Shown: positions 25,101 through 37,599 of the stretch, piece after piece
How positions within the stretch are numbered: the stretch's first letter is position 1
How the letters are laid out: the number at the start of each line of letters is the position of its first letter
Source: Raillietiella orientalis
Taxonomy: Eukaryota
DNA length: 64,000 bases
Direction: 5' to 3'
Assembly: GCA_036172245.1 (NCBI GenBank)
Contig: JAYWIR010000024.1
Span: 1,116,001-1,180,000 of the forward strand
Made by a program: the position numbers and the translations under genes
The notes under the pieces: generated by a model
What the model was told of the DNA's origin: nothing
Seen by the model: only the letters and a program-made list of their open reading frames with translations
Database searches by the model: none

Positions 25101-26800
25101 GCTCTAGTCAGCTGTCTCTGCAACCTGAACCAGCTAGCTGAGTCTGGAATGGTATACAGACTCTGTTCTATGCATACTCAGGAGCAGAATTCTCCTAGCT
25201 AACCAAGACGCCACACAACCTCTCAGCCACAGTTTCGACAGCAAATCGTCATCCGCACTCACTTGAATGATGGGATCTCAGCTGCTGAAGTTGCACAGTC
25301 ATCCTCCCTTCGGGAGAGAGTGCACTGTGTGAAAATCATCCTCTAATTTTCTTTTTTCACTGCAAGAGGATTTACAATGCCACCACCCGATGGCAGCTTT
25401 AAGACTTCATTCTCTGATTTCAAGGACAGAGGAGAGAGATCCAGGAGAGGGGCCCAGAAAAGATCAGTTCCGAAAAGTTGAGTTTTGGAGCAAATAGACT
25501 GGAGTCTTTGTGCACCGTTGTCAAGACCACGATCCCGAGGTCATCCGGCACCCGGAAAAGACCACGAAACTCCACGGAAACTCCTACAAAATCCTCTTTC
25601 TTCCTTTTCGGCAGCTCGGGTGCGGATCGAACCTCTTCGGTCTTGAAGGTAGTGAGCTCATTCGGCTGTGTGCGTCTGCGCACGCGGTGCCAAAGGCGAG
25701 CCAAAGTAGCAGACCTCTCTCGCTAGAGGACACAGCGCCTAGGACACGCGACACGCGCGCTCACCACGCAAAAGCAACAATGCCGTGATTACCGCAGCAT
25801 TCCAGAATGGTGGGATGCTGCCATCCCTTCAATCGCAACAGGACGAATTCGGGCATAGAGAGTGGGTCCATTGGTGTCGCGTGCTGATCTGAAGACCGAC
25901 CGAAAGCGATGAGACCGGGAGCTTGTTAGAGACTCACAGAGTGCGTTTCTCTTGCAAGCGAGAATCGCATCTTCTTTCGAAATGTCTTTCGCGCATTGCC
26001 TGGAGACGGCAGTCTTGCTCTTGCATGTATGACACCTACAGAAGGGAAGCTGCTCGCGGTGCACGTTTGCGACTCCACATCTGCTTTATGGGGGGCTCAG
26101 AGCTGTAGAGTCTGACCTACTTTGCCTCGGATGTGCTCGGTTATTTTGGCGACCTGCTATTAGACTGGCCACTACATGTTTTGGTTACTTGGACCTAGGG
26201 GGTGTTTCAGCACGGTTGCAAGCAGCACAGAATCCAGAGGAGATTCTGCGATAATCCTTTCAGAAAAGAAGGAAAGCTGCGCGAAACAAAAGGATGCCAG
26301 CCCTACAAGTAAGCCAGTTTTTCTTGAAGATGTTCGTGAACTTGCTGAAGAGATGCACGGAAGGCACATTCCGTCGACGAATCAATCAGCGAGGAGGAAG
26401 AAACGAACTCTTTGCAGCCGGAACGAGGATTCTGCGAAAGAAACGCATAGCATAAGTAAGAGGAAGTCTGCTTGCTGGAAAGGGATTTATCTGAACGAAG
26501 CAGAGGAATTTTCTGCCGCCTGCTGCACATGGTTCACTGGGAATCCTCATGGTAACCCAAAATGCTGATGCTCTGAGGAATATCCATGCTTCGCGGACTA
26601 TGAACTCATATCTTCCACAAGCCTTAATCTCCTATCCATCCTAGCACCAGCTATGAAACAGATGAGAGTTCGATCTTTTAGTCGCTGATGGAAATGGACT
26701 CTGTCAGGCATTCTGAATCATTGCATAAGGATCCTTTTTCTCTGGATGAGGCGGAAAGACGCCTTGATCGATATCAAGAAGGCGACGCACGCATGATGAA

Positions 26801-27373
26801 AGACCCTGGCCAGACATCTAAAGACCACTCGGCATTGAGACCTGACTCCATTCGGAGAAGATGGAGACGCGTCAGGGAACTGCACCCGTGCTGCTTACTC
26901 GGAAGCACTACGGCACGGTCCAATTTTCGACTTTCTTCTGTAAGAAAATCCACACGCCAGCTAAACGCATACCTTGGCGCCATGCTAGCCGGATTCCTCT
27001 TCGTGGCCCAGACAGTTGTTCCTGAAGATGGCAAGTTTCTCGGTTTTATGCGAGTAGGAGGGTCGCGACGGGCAGCGAGGAAAGTCGCGAGGACGTCAGC
27101 GCTCCTGGAGACGCCGCCTTCGACTCTCATCTCGGTGGTAGTAGCAAGCATCTCTGGCGAGATCCTGGCGTCCAGGTGCTGCACGGAGGACTCCGTGACA
27201 GCAGCAGCATCTGTGGGCGGTTCGGCATGTCCTCCGTCCACTCTGATTCGAGAAAGCCACGCTTAATTTCGTTGGTGCAACGTGTCTTGTCCAGATTCGA
27301 ACTGGGTTCCCGAAGGAACCCAAGTCAGAAGAGAGAGTCTTGGGAGCGCATGCTCTGGAAGAGAAGTCGAGAA
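26801..27373 (+). repeat. Internally deleted copy of 19040-20295
   Basis: Lacks ~650 bp (19163-19810) and a ~38-bp piece (~19919-19956) relative to the long copy. Confidence 0.95.
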
Positions 27374-28009
27374 CGTCCAGAAAAATGTAAGAGATAGCTA
27401 GTGAATGATGATGCAGAAGGACCCGAATTAAGAATGGCTTATGTCTGGTCTGCAAGTAGCATTTCGAAGAAGTTGTCGAAGTCGAGAGCTCCGCGAGCAA
27501 AGCGCATGGATAGGGATCCGTTCTTCGGAAATTGAAGATCGGTCAGCAGAGTGGTACAACTGATAGGCGAGAAGGACTTCTTTGCAGACCAGAGAAGGAT
27601 TTCATCCTGTTACCTTTTCAAATTCCAAGAATTTTCTGAATCATCCTGTTGAAAGATGCAAGCACTCTTTCGAACTGAACGCTCACTGAGATGCGCTTAT
27701 TGCTGAGCGGGTCCCACGACAAGCTGGTGAATGCCGACTTGGTGTTCCTTGAATTCATTCGGGATGGAGAAACAAGCATGTGATTGTGCAAATTGTTCAT
27801 ACAGTGTATTCCATGTGATATTGACTCAGTATGGTACAGTCTAACTAAAGGTGCGTGCGAGATGCTACGGCTATGTTTACAATCTGTAAGCAATTTTGTC
27901 TTACTTGCAATAGCGGCATGGCCATCCATTTGTTTCCCAGGGAAAGGGCGTTTCGGGAGGGAAATTTGTGTGCCTCGTGGTGTTATTTAATTTTTCTTTT
28001 CTTTTTTAG

Positions 28010-28142
28010 AACATTCATGCTGGAGGGAAAGAAAAGAGATGCTGCTGGGCCTGCGTGGAGTGCCAACACGATGAATACCTGGCTAATGAAACGACATGTG
28101 TTGCATGCGGGAATGGCTACTGGCCATCAGCAAACAAAACCA
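28010..28142 (+). CDS. GRM1/GRM5: Group I mGluR, exon E (cysteine-rich domain)
   Basis: NIHAGGKEKRCCWACVECQHDEYLANETTCVACGNGYWPSANKT, the class C GPCR CCWxC...C..G.WP motif. Polypyrimidine acceptor; donor GTAAGC at 28143; a 46-bp intron follows. Confidence 0.95.
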
Positions 28143-28188
28143 GTAAGCGATTCGAATGATTTTTCTTGTGTGAATTTTCCTGCTGCAG

Positions 28189-28821
28189 ATTGCATCCGCA
28201 TTCCACTAGAAATTTTGAACTGGGGTGACGGACTGTCGGCATTAGCCATCGTAGTCTCTTGCATTGGGATCCTGGCAACACTGATGGTAACGGCAGTGTT
28301 CATTCATTTCAACTACACTCCGGTTGTGAAGGCCTCGACACGAGAACTTGCTTACATTATTTTAATTGGCATGCTGCTGTGCCACCTGACCACCTTTCCC
28401 CTCCTGGCTTACCCCAACTCGATAAACTGCCACATCTCCCGTTTCCTACCCGGATTCAGTTTTTCCCTGATCCTGGCATCCTTGGTTACGAAAACTCACA
28501 GGATTTCCCGCATCTTGGTTGGAAACAAAAAGCACATCATTGTGCGCCGCCTACGCTTCATGACAACAACAGCTCAGCTAACTATCACCGCTCTGTTGGT
28601 GACAGGAGAGATAATAATTATCATCATAACTTTGATTCTGGAGCCAGCACAGAGCATCGAGGTTTATCCCAGTCGGATGCGGGCGCAACTGATTTGCAAC
28701 ATATCATACGTTTCGATCATTGCACCGTTAGGATTTGACTTCTTCTTGATGGTGCTGTGCACGTTTTATGCTTTCAAGACACGCAACGTTCCGGGGAACT
28801 TCAACGAAGCCAAGTTCATAG
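28189..28821 (+). CDS. GRM1/GRM5: Group I mGluR, exon F (TM1-TM5 and ICL3)
   Basis: Contains TPVVKASTRELAYIILIG, KTHRISRILVGNKK, RFMTTTAQL and YAFKTRNVPGNFNEAKFI, all group I-type motifs. GT-AG boundaries; a 59-bp intron follows (28822-28880). Confidence 0.97.
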
Positions 28822-28880
28822 GTCTGTTGACATATTCCCCGTGGGAACGGCGACTTCTTCTAATTGTCTGGCTTCTTCAG

Positions 28881-29169
28881 GATTTGCAATGTACACGACT
28901 TGCGTTATCTGGGTGGCCTTCCTGCCGATTTATTTTAACAGCGAAGCAAAGGTCATCACCATCTGTTTCTGCACGAGCCTCACCGCCAGCGTCATCCTAG
29001 TTTTCCTCTATTTTCCGAAAGTCTACGTCATACTTGTTCACCCTGAACGTAACAGCAGGTTAGCATTTGCCACGATGACTATTGGCAGATGTCATTTCGG
29101 GAATCAGATGTTCGTCTCCAGATTGAACATGGATGAATATGACGTGTTCTCCAGCTCATTAAATTCAAA
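28881..29169 (+). CDS. GRM1/GRM5: Group I mGluR, exon G (TM6-TM7, proximal C-tail)
   Basis: GFAMYTTCVIWVAFLPIYF...YFPKVYVILVHPERNSRLAF. Ends at a consensus donor GTGAGT (29170, phase 2); read-through gives an in-frame TGA at 29171-29173. Confidence 0.95.
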
Positions 29170-29789
29170 GTGAGTCTCCCTCTGTAGCAGCATGAGCTCG
29201 CTCCTCGGGCGTGTTTGCCTCGCTTGCTTCTGATTTGCTTGTTTTCTTCCACGTGCCACAGTGGCTCTTTTGTGTTAAACAAAAGTTAAAACGGGAACGC
29301 CTCGCAGTTGCGAAAATGACGGATAGTTTTGCTGTCTGAGAAAGAGGGAAAAAAAAAAGAAAAAAAGGTGGCGTTGCTTATTTTTAAAAATGATCATCGC
29401 AATACCACTTTTTGTGTGTACATCTGTACGCTTGCCTGCTCGTGAAAAGTACCAGATGCTCAATTCGTGGTTACGAGATAAAATACGTAACAATTTATGG
29501 ATTCTTCTTCGGACCACTACAAACTATCTACTATTTATAGAACTTTTGTTTCGCTGTTATTATGAATTCTGTTGCTATTACTAACAGCTTGAGGACTTTT
29601 GAATGTGTGTATTTCTGCTTTGAGTCTACTATCGTAGAAGCTGAGATCTTTTGCCTCAGAATCCTTGATTTTCAAGAAGGATCCGATAGAAGAGGGGGAA
29701 GTGCAGTGCGTAGCAGAGGAGTGCATCGTTCATTAATAAACCATATATATAACTTTCCCTCCAGCTCTGAAAAAAAGGTACAAGAGTAG

Positions 29790-30504
29790 CCACACGGCCG
29801 GGTGGCTGCGGTCTCCACGCGTGATACCCACGCGTCACGGGTTCGAATCCCACCCGGGAAAAGGTCAACGTCAAGAAATGGGTGCGTCGTGGGTTTCGAG
29901 TTCCTCCCGCAGGACGGCGCTGGCTGAACTGCAGACTTCGAGGTGGGGCACTAGTGGAAGCCGAAGGCCCTGTCGACCGGCTAGGACTGGAAGTTGGCCC
30001 TTCAGGGTCCTCCAGAATCAAGGAGCACTGGTTCCCTTCAAGACACCTCCTCCAGTTGTGAAAATAGAGGCGTCCTCTATCGCGTACCATGGAGTTGGTT
30101 GATACCTCCAATCGGGGCTACTTCTTCAGAGTGTGGGAAGTGCGCTACTCCCTTGGGGAAGCGCCCTTCAGGGAAAATTGGGGAGCATCCCTTCGGGGTT
30201 CTCTTGAGAGAGGAGCAAACAGGGAGCGGATCCTTTCCGGGGGTTCCACCGGAGGAAATGAGGAAGAGCTCTCCTTCAGGGTTCCCTCCCATGAGAAAGA
30301 GGAACGGACTCCTTTCTCCAGAGCCTTCCTGGATTCATAGAGTGGTCCTTACGGGGTTCCAACCAACTTCAAGAGTACAAGTGTACTGTACACGCACTCT
30401 CGGATGGAGTGAACAATATTAAAGAGTTTTATGACCCCCCATCCTCCACCCCAAAGAAACGGGCGGTTTTTCAACACTTGGCGAACCAAAAAAAAAAAAA
30501 AAAA
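29790..30504 (+). mobile_element. tRNA-headed SINE-like element, copy 3
   Basis: B-box GGTTCGAATCC (29840), collinear body, ends in CTTGGCGAACC plus poly(A). Confidence 0.7.
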
Positions 30505-33500
30505 CGCAGTGCTAGAAGGAAAGCAGCGAAAGCAGAAGAATTTAAAAAGATTGCCATCATCCTGGACCCATGGTAACGATCTTCCCGCTACTGGCCTTAA
30601 GAAGAAAGAAAGAAAGAAAAAGGTACAGTGCAAAGTGGAAGATGGCTCGTGTTCTGTCACGAGCGCGACGACCGATTTCCGTCCTCCGTCCAAGGAGCTC
30701 GGCGGTGGGAAGACCCGACGCGCGCGGTCTGCACCAGCAGGAGGGGAGATGCGTGAAGATTCAGAGGGTCTGTCCCACGCGATTCGAAGCAGAGGTCCGC
30801 AACGAGACGCGGCACTCGGAAGCAATGGAAAGGCGGACTTCTGCTCAGCCCTGCAAGTTCCTCCTGGCTTGCAAGGGAGGGCTTCGCGGCCACCATACAG
30901 CTGTCCGTTTGCTTCACGAGCTTCGAACCATGGAATAAGAGGGAATCCAGCTTCCATCAGGACGTCGGTCTGCGTCTGGAACGCATCGCTGCAGCCTGCT
31001 CGCGATGAAGCTCGAAAAAAAATACCGAAGAAGGTTCTGCGATGCTCCTTCTGGCAGAGGACCCAGAAGAAAATTGATAATAAGCATGAATTTTCGAAGG
31101 AGACCCCGGAGCTGCAGTTTCCCGGGAAGTGGCATGGCCCAATTTTGAAGGTCTCCGATGATGAATCTGATCGCGCTCTTCCCTTAGCAGCAGCATCGAT
31201 CAAATGGAACCAGAAATCGGGAGAACGGAACCTTTCACGGGCGGGAGGAAATCCTAGAGGCGGTTGCGCCTGGCTGCCAATGCGGATGCACGAAGCGGCA
31301 GTCGAAGAGCTGTCGGGCCACGTCGAGGTGATGGAGGAAGAAGCTGAATCTGCGCTCTTATCTTCCCTCCCTGCACTTCGAACGGAAGTATGGAAAAGGA
31401 TCGGCTACCTCCCTCGGGACGCCGGCCATCCGCTTCTTCGGAAACACGCGCAGAACGACATATGCTCCTCCCATCAACGTTTAGAAATACGAGAATCGAT
31501 GGTACTCGTGAGATTTGGAGCTTTCGCCGCAAGGGCAGATGGGACGGTCTCCTGATGTCTCTCTGGTATCTAACCCTTGCTCGAAAGTTGGCAAGAAACT
31601 CTCCTTGGTGATTTTTCTAATCGGATGTTGAGAGCAAGAAGTACACGTTTTTTTCTCTTTTTCTCCTGATGACTCTCGGAGTCCCGTTAAGCGAGGGAAC
31701 TCATCCTCCGTGCGGAACGTCCATCGCACTTCACACGAAGAAGAGCTGATTGGCCGAAGGCTGGTTGGCAGAGGAGTTCATCGAGATCGCAGACGAGGGA
31801 GAGATCCACGTTCTGGGCAGCTGCCACGTTGGAGACCAGTCCGAGAGACGCAGGAAGCAGGATGCTCGGCTAGCTCCCGAAAGTCGAACGCGGTCGCTGA
31901 TGGAGGATACTCTTGCGTGGGAAATCCGAGCTCCCGAATAATTGGTGAGGAGGCTTCCCAAGAGCAGCGCCACCAAGGCGCTCGAAACTCCATGCAAGGA
32001 GTGTCTTCTCTTCATGGGAACCCACTCTCGCGCAACCCATGGAAGAAGCTCTGTGAACAGTCTCTCAGCCAGGATATCCTCCTTGGAGAACCGTTTTCCC
32101 GGGCCGCCGTCAGAGGAGACGAGATTCAATGAAAAGGTCTCTTTCCCGCCGAATTCCGGGACTGTCTTCCCTTCCGTTCTCGGGAGGAGAATTGAATCAG
32201 AGATCCTCAAAGGAAGAAAAAACGAGAGGCGGGAGTCGCGAGCTGGAGACCCAAGCGGCCGGACATCGGAGTCGCCGTGCCACGGTAGAAGCGGCCCAGA
32301 CGGAGGAGCGTCCTCTGTGAGAACCCGGACGCGGGCCGAAGACGAGAAGAGGAGCAGCACGCGTTCAGCCGTGTTTGGTCCGCCCATCTTCCACCTGAAT
32401 GATGTTTTCGTCTATTTCGCAACACGAGCAGGTCGGGAAAGCGATGATGCCCCATCAACGCATCTGCACCTGCTCAGACCTCTGAACTGAACCTTCCACA
32501 TCCTAAGAAGACGAGCTTTGCACCATTGGATCTTTGCCACTAGGAGGAGCAAAAAAAAAATCAGAAATGCAGAAATTCAAACTCCGTTCGAGTAGGCTGC
32601 TCAAACGCGCGAATCTCGAGGCGGAAGGGGGAGGGCAGGGATGCTCAAGCGGGAAGGAGCTGCTGCTTGCTTTCCGAGATCCCGAATGCGCTTTTTTGCG
32701 GGAGGGATGGCAGCGAGCAGTTGGTGGCAGCTGCTGGCAGACGACTTCCATTCATCCAGAAGTCGTGGGAGGAAGGGGGGGGGGAAGAGGTTTGGCATAG
32801 GGGAGGAAGAGCAGCCACTTGCGGCAGCGCCTTCCTCTTCTTGAGGAGAAAGCCAACAGGCACCTTCCATCACGTTCTTCTTTTCGCTTCCCTCTTTTCT
32901 TTTCTTCTCTTTTCTTTTTTTTTTTCTCTCATTTTGGAAGGGAGGGAGCAGAATTGAGGGCTCCAGCTGCGAAATCACATGATCCGATCGGAGGAATACG
33001 ACCTTCCTTGCCTCAGACAGCAAGAGCGAACGAAGAATTTCCCAAATGGATTTCCCTCTCCGGGACATAATCCCGGAGAACGAAACCATATGTGCCTCGC
33101 AGATGTAAGTGGCGTATTTGTCGAGTTATCCTTCATATGCAGGAGGAGGAACAGGTTCTTAAGAGATCACACGTGCCAGGGATGCTCTCCTCCTCGTCAG
33201 AGCTTCCACGGACTTTAAACACCGCAGAAGCCCGTCATAGAAGGCTTGTTAGCAGCGAGCCTTCCGGTCTGGCAAACCACGCCCCTAAATTTCACCGGAC
33301 AGGGAAGGCTGGGAAAACGAGAAGGGGGAGGGAGATTTCTCCCTACTCCCAGAAGAATAAAAAATCGCACAAAGGGAAGCGCCAGCGATGGCCGCCAGCT
33401 CGTTTGCAGTGTTCAGTTCGCGTCCGCCTCTCTACTATTCCTTTCGTATTTCTGTTCCGTCCCCAACCCACTCCTCAGAGCGTTTCTTCCCGTCTTAGTC

Positions 33501-36500
33501 GAATCATCGATGCGGCCCCGGCAGCTCGGGCAGACGATCTGTCGGCGCAATGGAAGAACATCCCCTCATTCCCATCCTCTGCTCGCGTTCGGCTGCAGCA
33601 TGGATGCGCGCTGCACTGCATCATTGCCCCCATCCTTTGCCCCGAGGCGCGGCGCTTCCGTGCCGGTTCGCTCAATGCGCGAGACTCCCTTCGGCCGTAC
33701 TTCACCGTCGCATCCCGGAAAGCGAGGGGAGACTTTGAGGGGAAGCCGCGAAAATTCCTGGATTCCTATCCCGGAAGGCACTCCGCTTCCCGGAAAGGAG
33801 CATTTCGGCGCCCGACCGGCCCGAGGAGAGATGACAGGGAAGGCTCCCGCTAGACACCCGGGGACACGAAGCGTCCATCAAACGTCCATGAAGCGTGACA
33901 ATTCGCGAAAGGGACACACGACGTCTCCTCCCCTTCCTCCCTTCCACTTTCCCGCCTAACTTTTGATGAATGAAATTCGGGAATTATAAGGAGGAAGGAG
34001 GGGAAAAAACGAAGAGTCTCCTGAAGGTGGATTTTTGGAAGCCGGATCCGCCAGCAGCCACGCATCAATAAGGACTTGTGCTTCAGGTTCCTGAGAAGGC
34101 GAATGACCGATGAAGAGAGGACTCAGTTCAGATCGCGTGAGGCCCTGAGGCAGGTCGCGAGTCTCAGTAGCCCGCTGTGCCTCTATGAAGGGAGTTGACA
34201 CGAGTCCTTGTCCCTCCCTCTGACGAGAAAATTCCTCCGCCCGCCTCCGGTTCATCAGGATGCAGCAGCTCCTGAGGAGACCGCAAAGGAGAGAGAGGGA
34301 GGAGGGGGACAAAAAGCCAGACAAAAAAAGAAAAGGAATGATGGATGAAAGGACCGCTCAAACCAACCCTATCCGTTTCCAGGAAACCGGACACCGGCAG
34401 CAGCCCAACACGTTCCGCGGTACTCCCGGGACCACAGCTCTTCCGAGGGAGCGCGGTGCGGAGTCTTGAAGAGCAAGCAAGGATTAAGTGCGAACCGTGG
34501 TCACGAAGAAGCATCCTCGTCCCTCCATTTCGCTTCCCCATCTGCCACGCATCCTGCCACGCGATTCTCACGCTTGCTCCTTGTCCTGGTTCCCATGGGG
34601 GAACCCCTGGGATCCATGGAGACGGAAATTTCTACGGAACTTTGGAAACCTCGCGTCACCACACCCTTCCTTCAACGTCCCTTTTCACTCTGTCCTAGGA
34701 GGGGGCAGGGAGGAAGCTGCTGGATGATATGTTGGATTGATGGACATCCTCTCCTCTGTTGAGAAGGAAAATACTGACGTTTGATCTGCGGGAGGTGCAT
34801 CGGTTCTTCTCGAGTGAAGGGTGGAAGCAGCCTTCTACTTAGGAAGGCGTTGGTCAGGGTGCTCTTCATCTCAAAAAGACGCGACGGGATCTACTCGGTG
34901 GTGTTTGGTGGAGCCGCAAAAGAGCTTCCGGAGACTTCCGAATCCCTTTCCAACACTTCCCGGATTCCTGGGACGTTGCGGGATGGAAAAAAATGTGGAT
35001 GCAAAGAGTGGTACTTCCTCGTCGGGGGTTGCCAAACTCCCTCCGCTCTCCCTTGCCGTCTCCCTGGCCAGAGCGATGGGAGCGCTTTAAGTGGTGGTCA
35101 GCGAAAAACAGCCCAGTCGCGTGTCCTGGTGGTGGCGCATCAGGAAGAAGCTTCTGGCGCCGGGAACGCCGTGTATCGACTTCATCCGTAATCGTTTTTT
35201 TTTTTTTTGTCTGAGAAGATTCTGGAACACTTGGTCTTCCTCCCTGCCAGATGGACGTCTCGTAACTCCCTCTTATTTTATTTTATTTTTTTCTTCTCCT
35301 CAGACAGCTCGGGCAGACGCGGATGCGCGTTCTGCGCAGATCGCGTTCCCGGATCGCAGTTTATGGTCTCCGCGCTCCCCAACCTTTCGCGCAAGCACAA
35401 CTCACAGTTCCCCTCTTCTCCTCCCCGGCAACAGCAGCCCCATCGCTCCGCGGGGTTGAGTCCCTCGCCAAAAATCGACAGGAGAATTTCTTTCTCCTCT
35501 CTTCTCCCCTCTTCGTCCCTTGAGCTGTCTCCCTGTGGGGAGAAAATCCCGAGAGACGACACATCCCGAGGGTGTTGGTTTCAGGCGGTTCTGGGGTCTT
35601 CCGGATACGACGGTACTTTTCGTTCCCGCACGCGTTTCCGATGCGTTTCGACCTTCCTCCCCGTCAAGCCGTCGCCTTCTGGTCCCTTCCGACCGCTGGC
35701 CCCCTGCAGGCTCCGAAAGAATGGGCCAAACTATCTTTCTCTGCTGCTGCCCTTGCGGACGTGTTCGGCATCCTTTGTTGTCTTTTCAGGTCAGTCCCGT
35801 TGCCGACGGACAGAGACGGGGACCCGGGCGTGTGGAAAGCCATCAAGCAAACTCTGAGGTCAAGGAGCGCGTTCGACGTCCATGAGGTCGCCCGCCCGCA
35901 AAGGTGAACCGCGCTCAGATCCACCCTCTCGTGGAATGCGTGAGATCACGTGACTCGCTCGGGTCGAAGATTGCGTGGAATCGGGTCTTCGGTTGGTCAT
36001 GCGCGGATCCAACCTGCAGGATTCCGGTTCGCAGCGCGCTCGCCGGTTGTCGTGGGAACCGCGAGCTCCAGAGGACAAGAGAGCCGAAAGGCAGCCCTTC
36101 CTCCGGTCCCTGCAACGAGAGGGCACTCTGCGAAAGACGAAAGAAAAGGAAGAGCGGACGCTCGTCAGCGTGGGAGCGAGCGGTCCGAGGGTGGTGACCT
36201 TCCCTCGACAGAGAGCCGGTGGAAGGACGTGAGTGCGCCGCTCGCCCCGGCACGCCGCATGCGGCCGCGCCCCCACCCGATGCCAACAAAGACGAAAAGA
36301 CAGACGCAAATGAAAACGGGGGAGCAGGAGTAGCTGGCGCTCCCCCCTCCCTCCTGCTCCCCATACGACATCGTCCTGCGAGGCGACGCTGATTGGGTCT
36401 GCTTCATCGCTCTGCTGCCGAAGAGAAAATACGGCGTCGTGGTTCCCTGGACGCACCACCTTCCGGTTTCACGCGTCAAAGGATTACCACGTCATTCGGA

Positions 36501-37058
36501 TGCTGCCGCGTTTCTCCTCTTTTCCTTCCCCCTCCCCCCTCTTCCTGGTGACTCCAGCATTCTCCTCAAGAGATGGTGGCATGCTGGCAGCATCCGGGGT
36601 TTCTTGCCCTCACTCTTTGGCGAGCTCGGGTGGGAGAAACTTGAGTCGCCCAAAGGGGAGTTTCTCAGAGCGACGGGATAGCACTCCCCCCTTGAGTGGA
36701 TGCTGCTGGAAGAGGCTTGCCGCGGGGGAGGCGGAAGGCGTGTCCTCTTCGCGCACCTCGTCGGATGAGCCTCGTCCACTGGCCTGATGCTCCCGCCGAT
36801 CTAGACTAGCCGCGGATCCCACTCGGGGTCGTGCGCATGGGGGTCCGTGCGAAAACTCCTGCTTACCCGCAGCTACGTTGAATTCTCCGCGAGTGGAGCG
36901 CGGGCGTCAGCAAACGGGGGAGAGGAGTCCAAAGATCCAAGATGGCGTGGGACCGCCTCCCCCCCCCCGCGCCACACCACTGCGAGTCGCGTGCGACGAT
37001 TCACAGGGTTCGTTTCAAATGTTGACCTCTCCCCCTCCCTCTCGCATACTATTTTTAG

Positions 37059-37365
37059 AACGCAGCGCCTGCTCAGCCTGTCCGAGAAAAGCTCTTGCAC
37101 CAGAGGTCTCGACGACTACACGAAGGAGCGCCGCAGCTCCGGAGCGAACAGGCCACCCGAGACAAGGTGCGCTCAGACGCAGACCGATCCAATCCGTTGG
37201 CTTCCTGACGGACCTCCTGCGCTTCTCCTCTTCCGGAAACCCGCAGTCTTCGAGGAGGCCGCCAGCGTCCACAGCAGCGACACCGAGACTCAGTCCGAGT
37301 TCAAGAAGATCACCATTTCGCTGGGCGGCAGTCTCCCCAGGAAACCGAGGAGACACTCCTCGTGA
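37059..37365 (+). CDS. Probable terminal exon H of the mGluR (distal C-tail)
   Basis: Pyrimidine-rich acceptor (atttttag, 37051-37058). The phase-2 entry matches the exon G donor and the frame stays open for ~100 codons to TGA (TQRLLSLSEKSS...CAQTQTD...EFKKITISLGGSLPRKPRRHSS*). No diagnostic homology, so the link is inferred. Confidence 0.6.
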
Positions 37366-37599
37366 CTGAGACGGCGAGCAGAGGAATCGTCCTGCCGGGT
37401 CGACCTTCCGGCGAGGGGGGCCTAGACCCCTCTCTCGCCGCTGTTCGCGGCCCTCCGTAGGCGCAGCGCGCTGTCCCTGCTCGAAGGGCCGGCTTCCATC
37501 CTTGGAACCCAACGTGGAAGCGACGCTACTCTTCGCTCGGGGCCAGAGCTTGTGGGGCCTTCCTTGGAATCGCGACCTACACTTCCTTTCCCCCTCCCA

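Noticed and set aside
27855..29000. 381-aa ORF as a complete single-exon gene
   Set aside because: Only 28189-28821 is real coding sequence in this frame; the rest is intron or out-of-frame exon read-through.
29790..29860. tRNA gene (GGTTCGAATCC T-loop)
   Set aside because: No complete cloverleaf; it is the head of the dispersed SINE-like repeat.
30431..31555. 374-aa ORF (and other long ORFs at 33-41 kb)
   Set aside because: Starts in the SINE tail and poly(A), has low-complexity R/S/G/P composition and no domain. Overlapping ORFs in several frames are expected in GC-rich decayed repeats.
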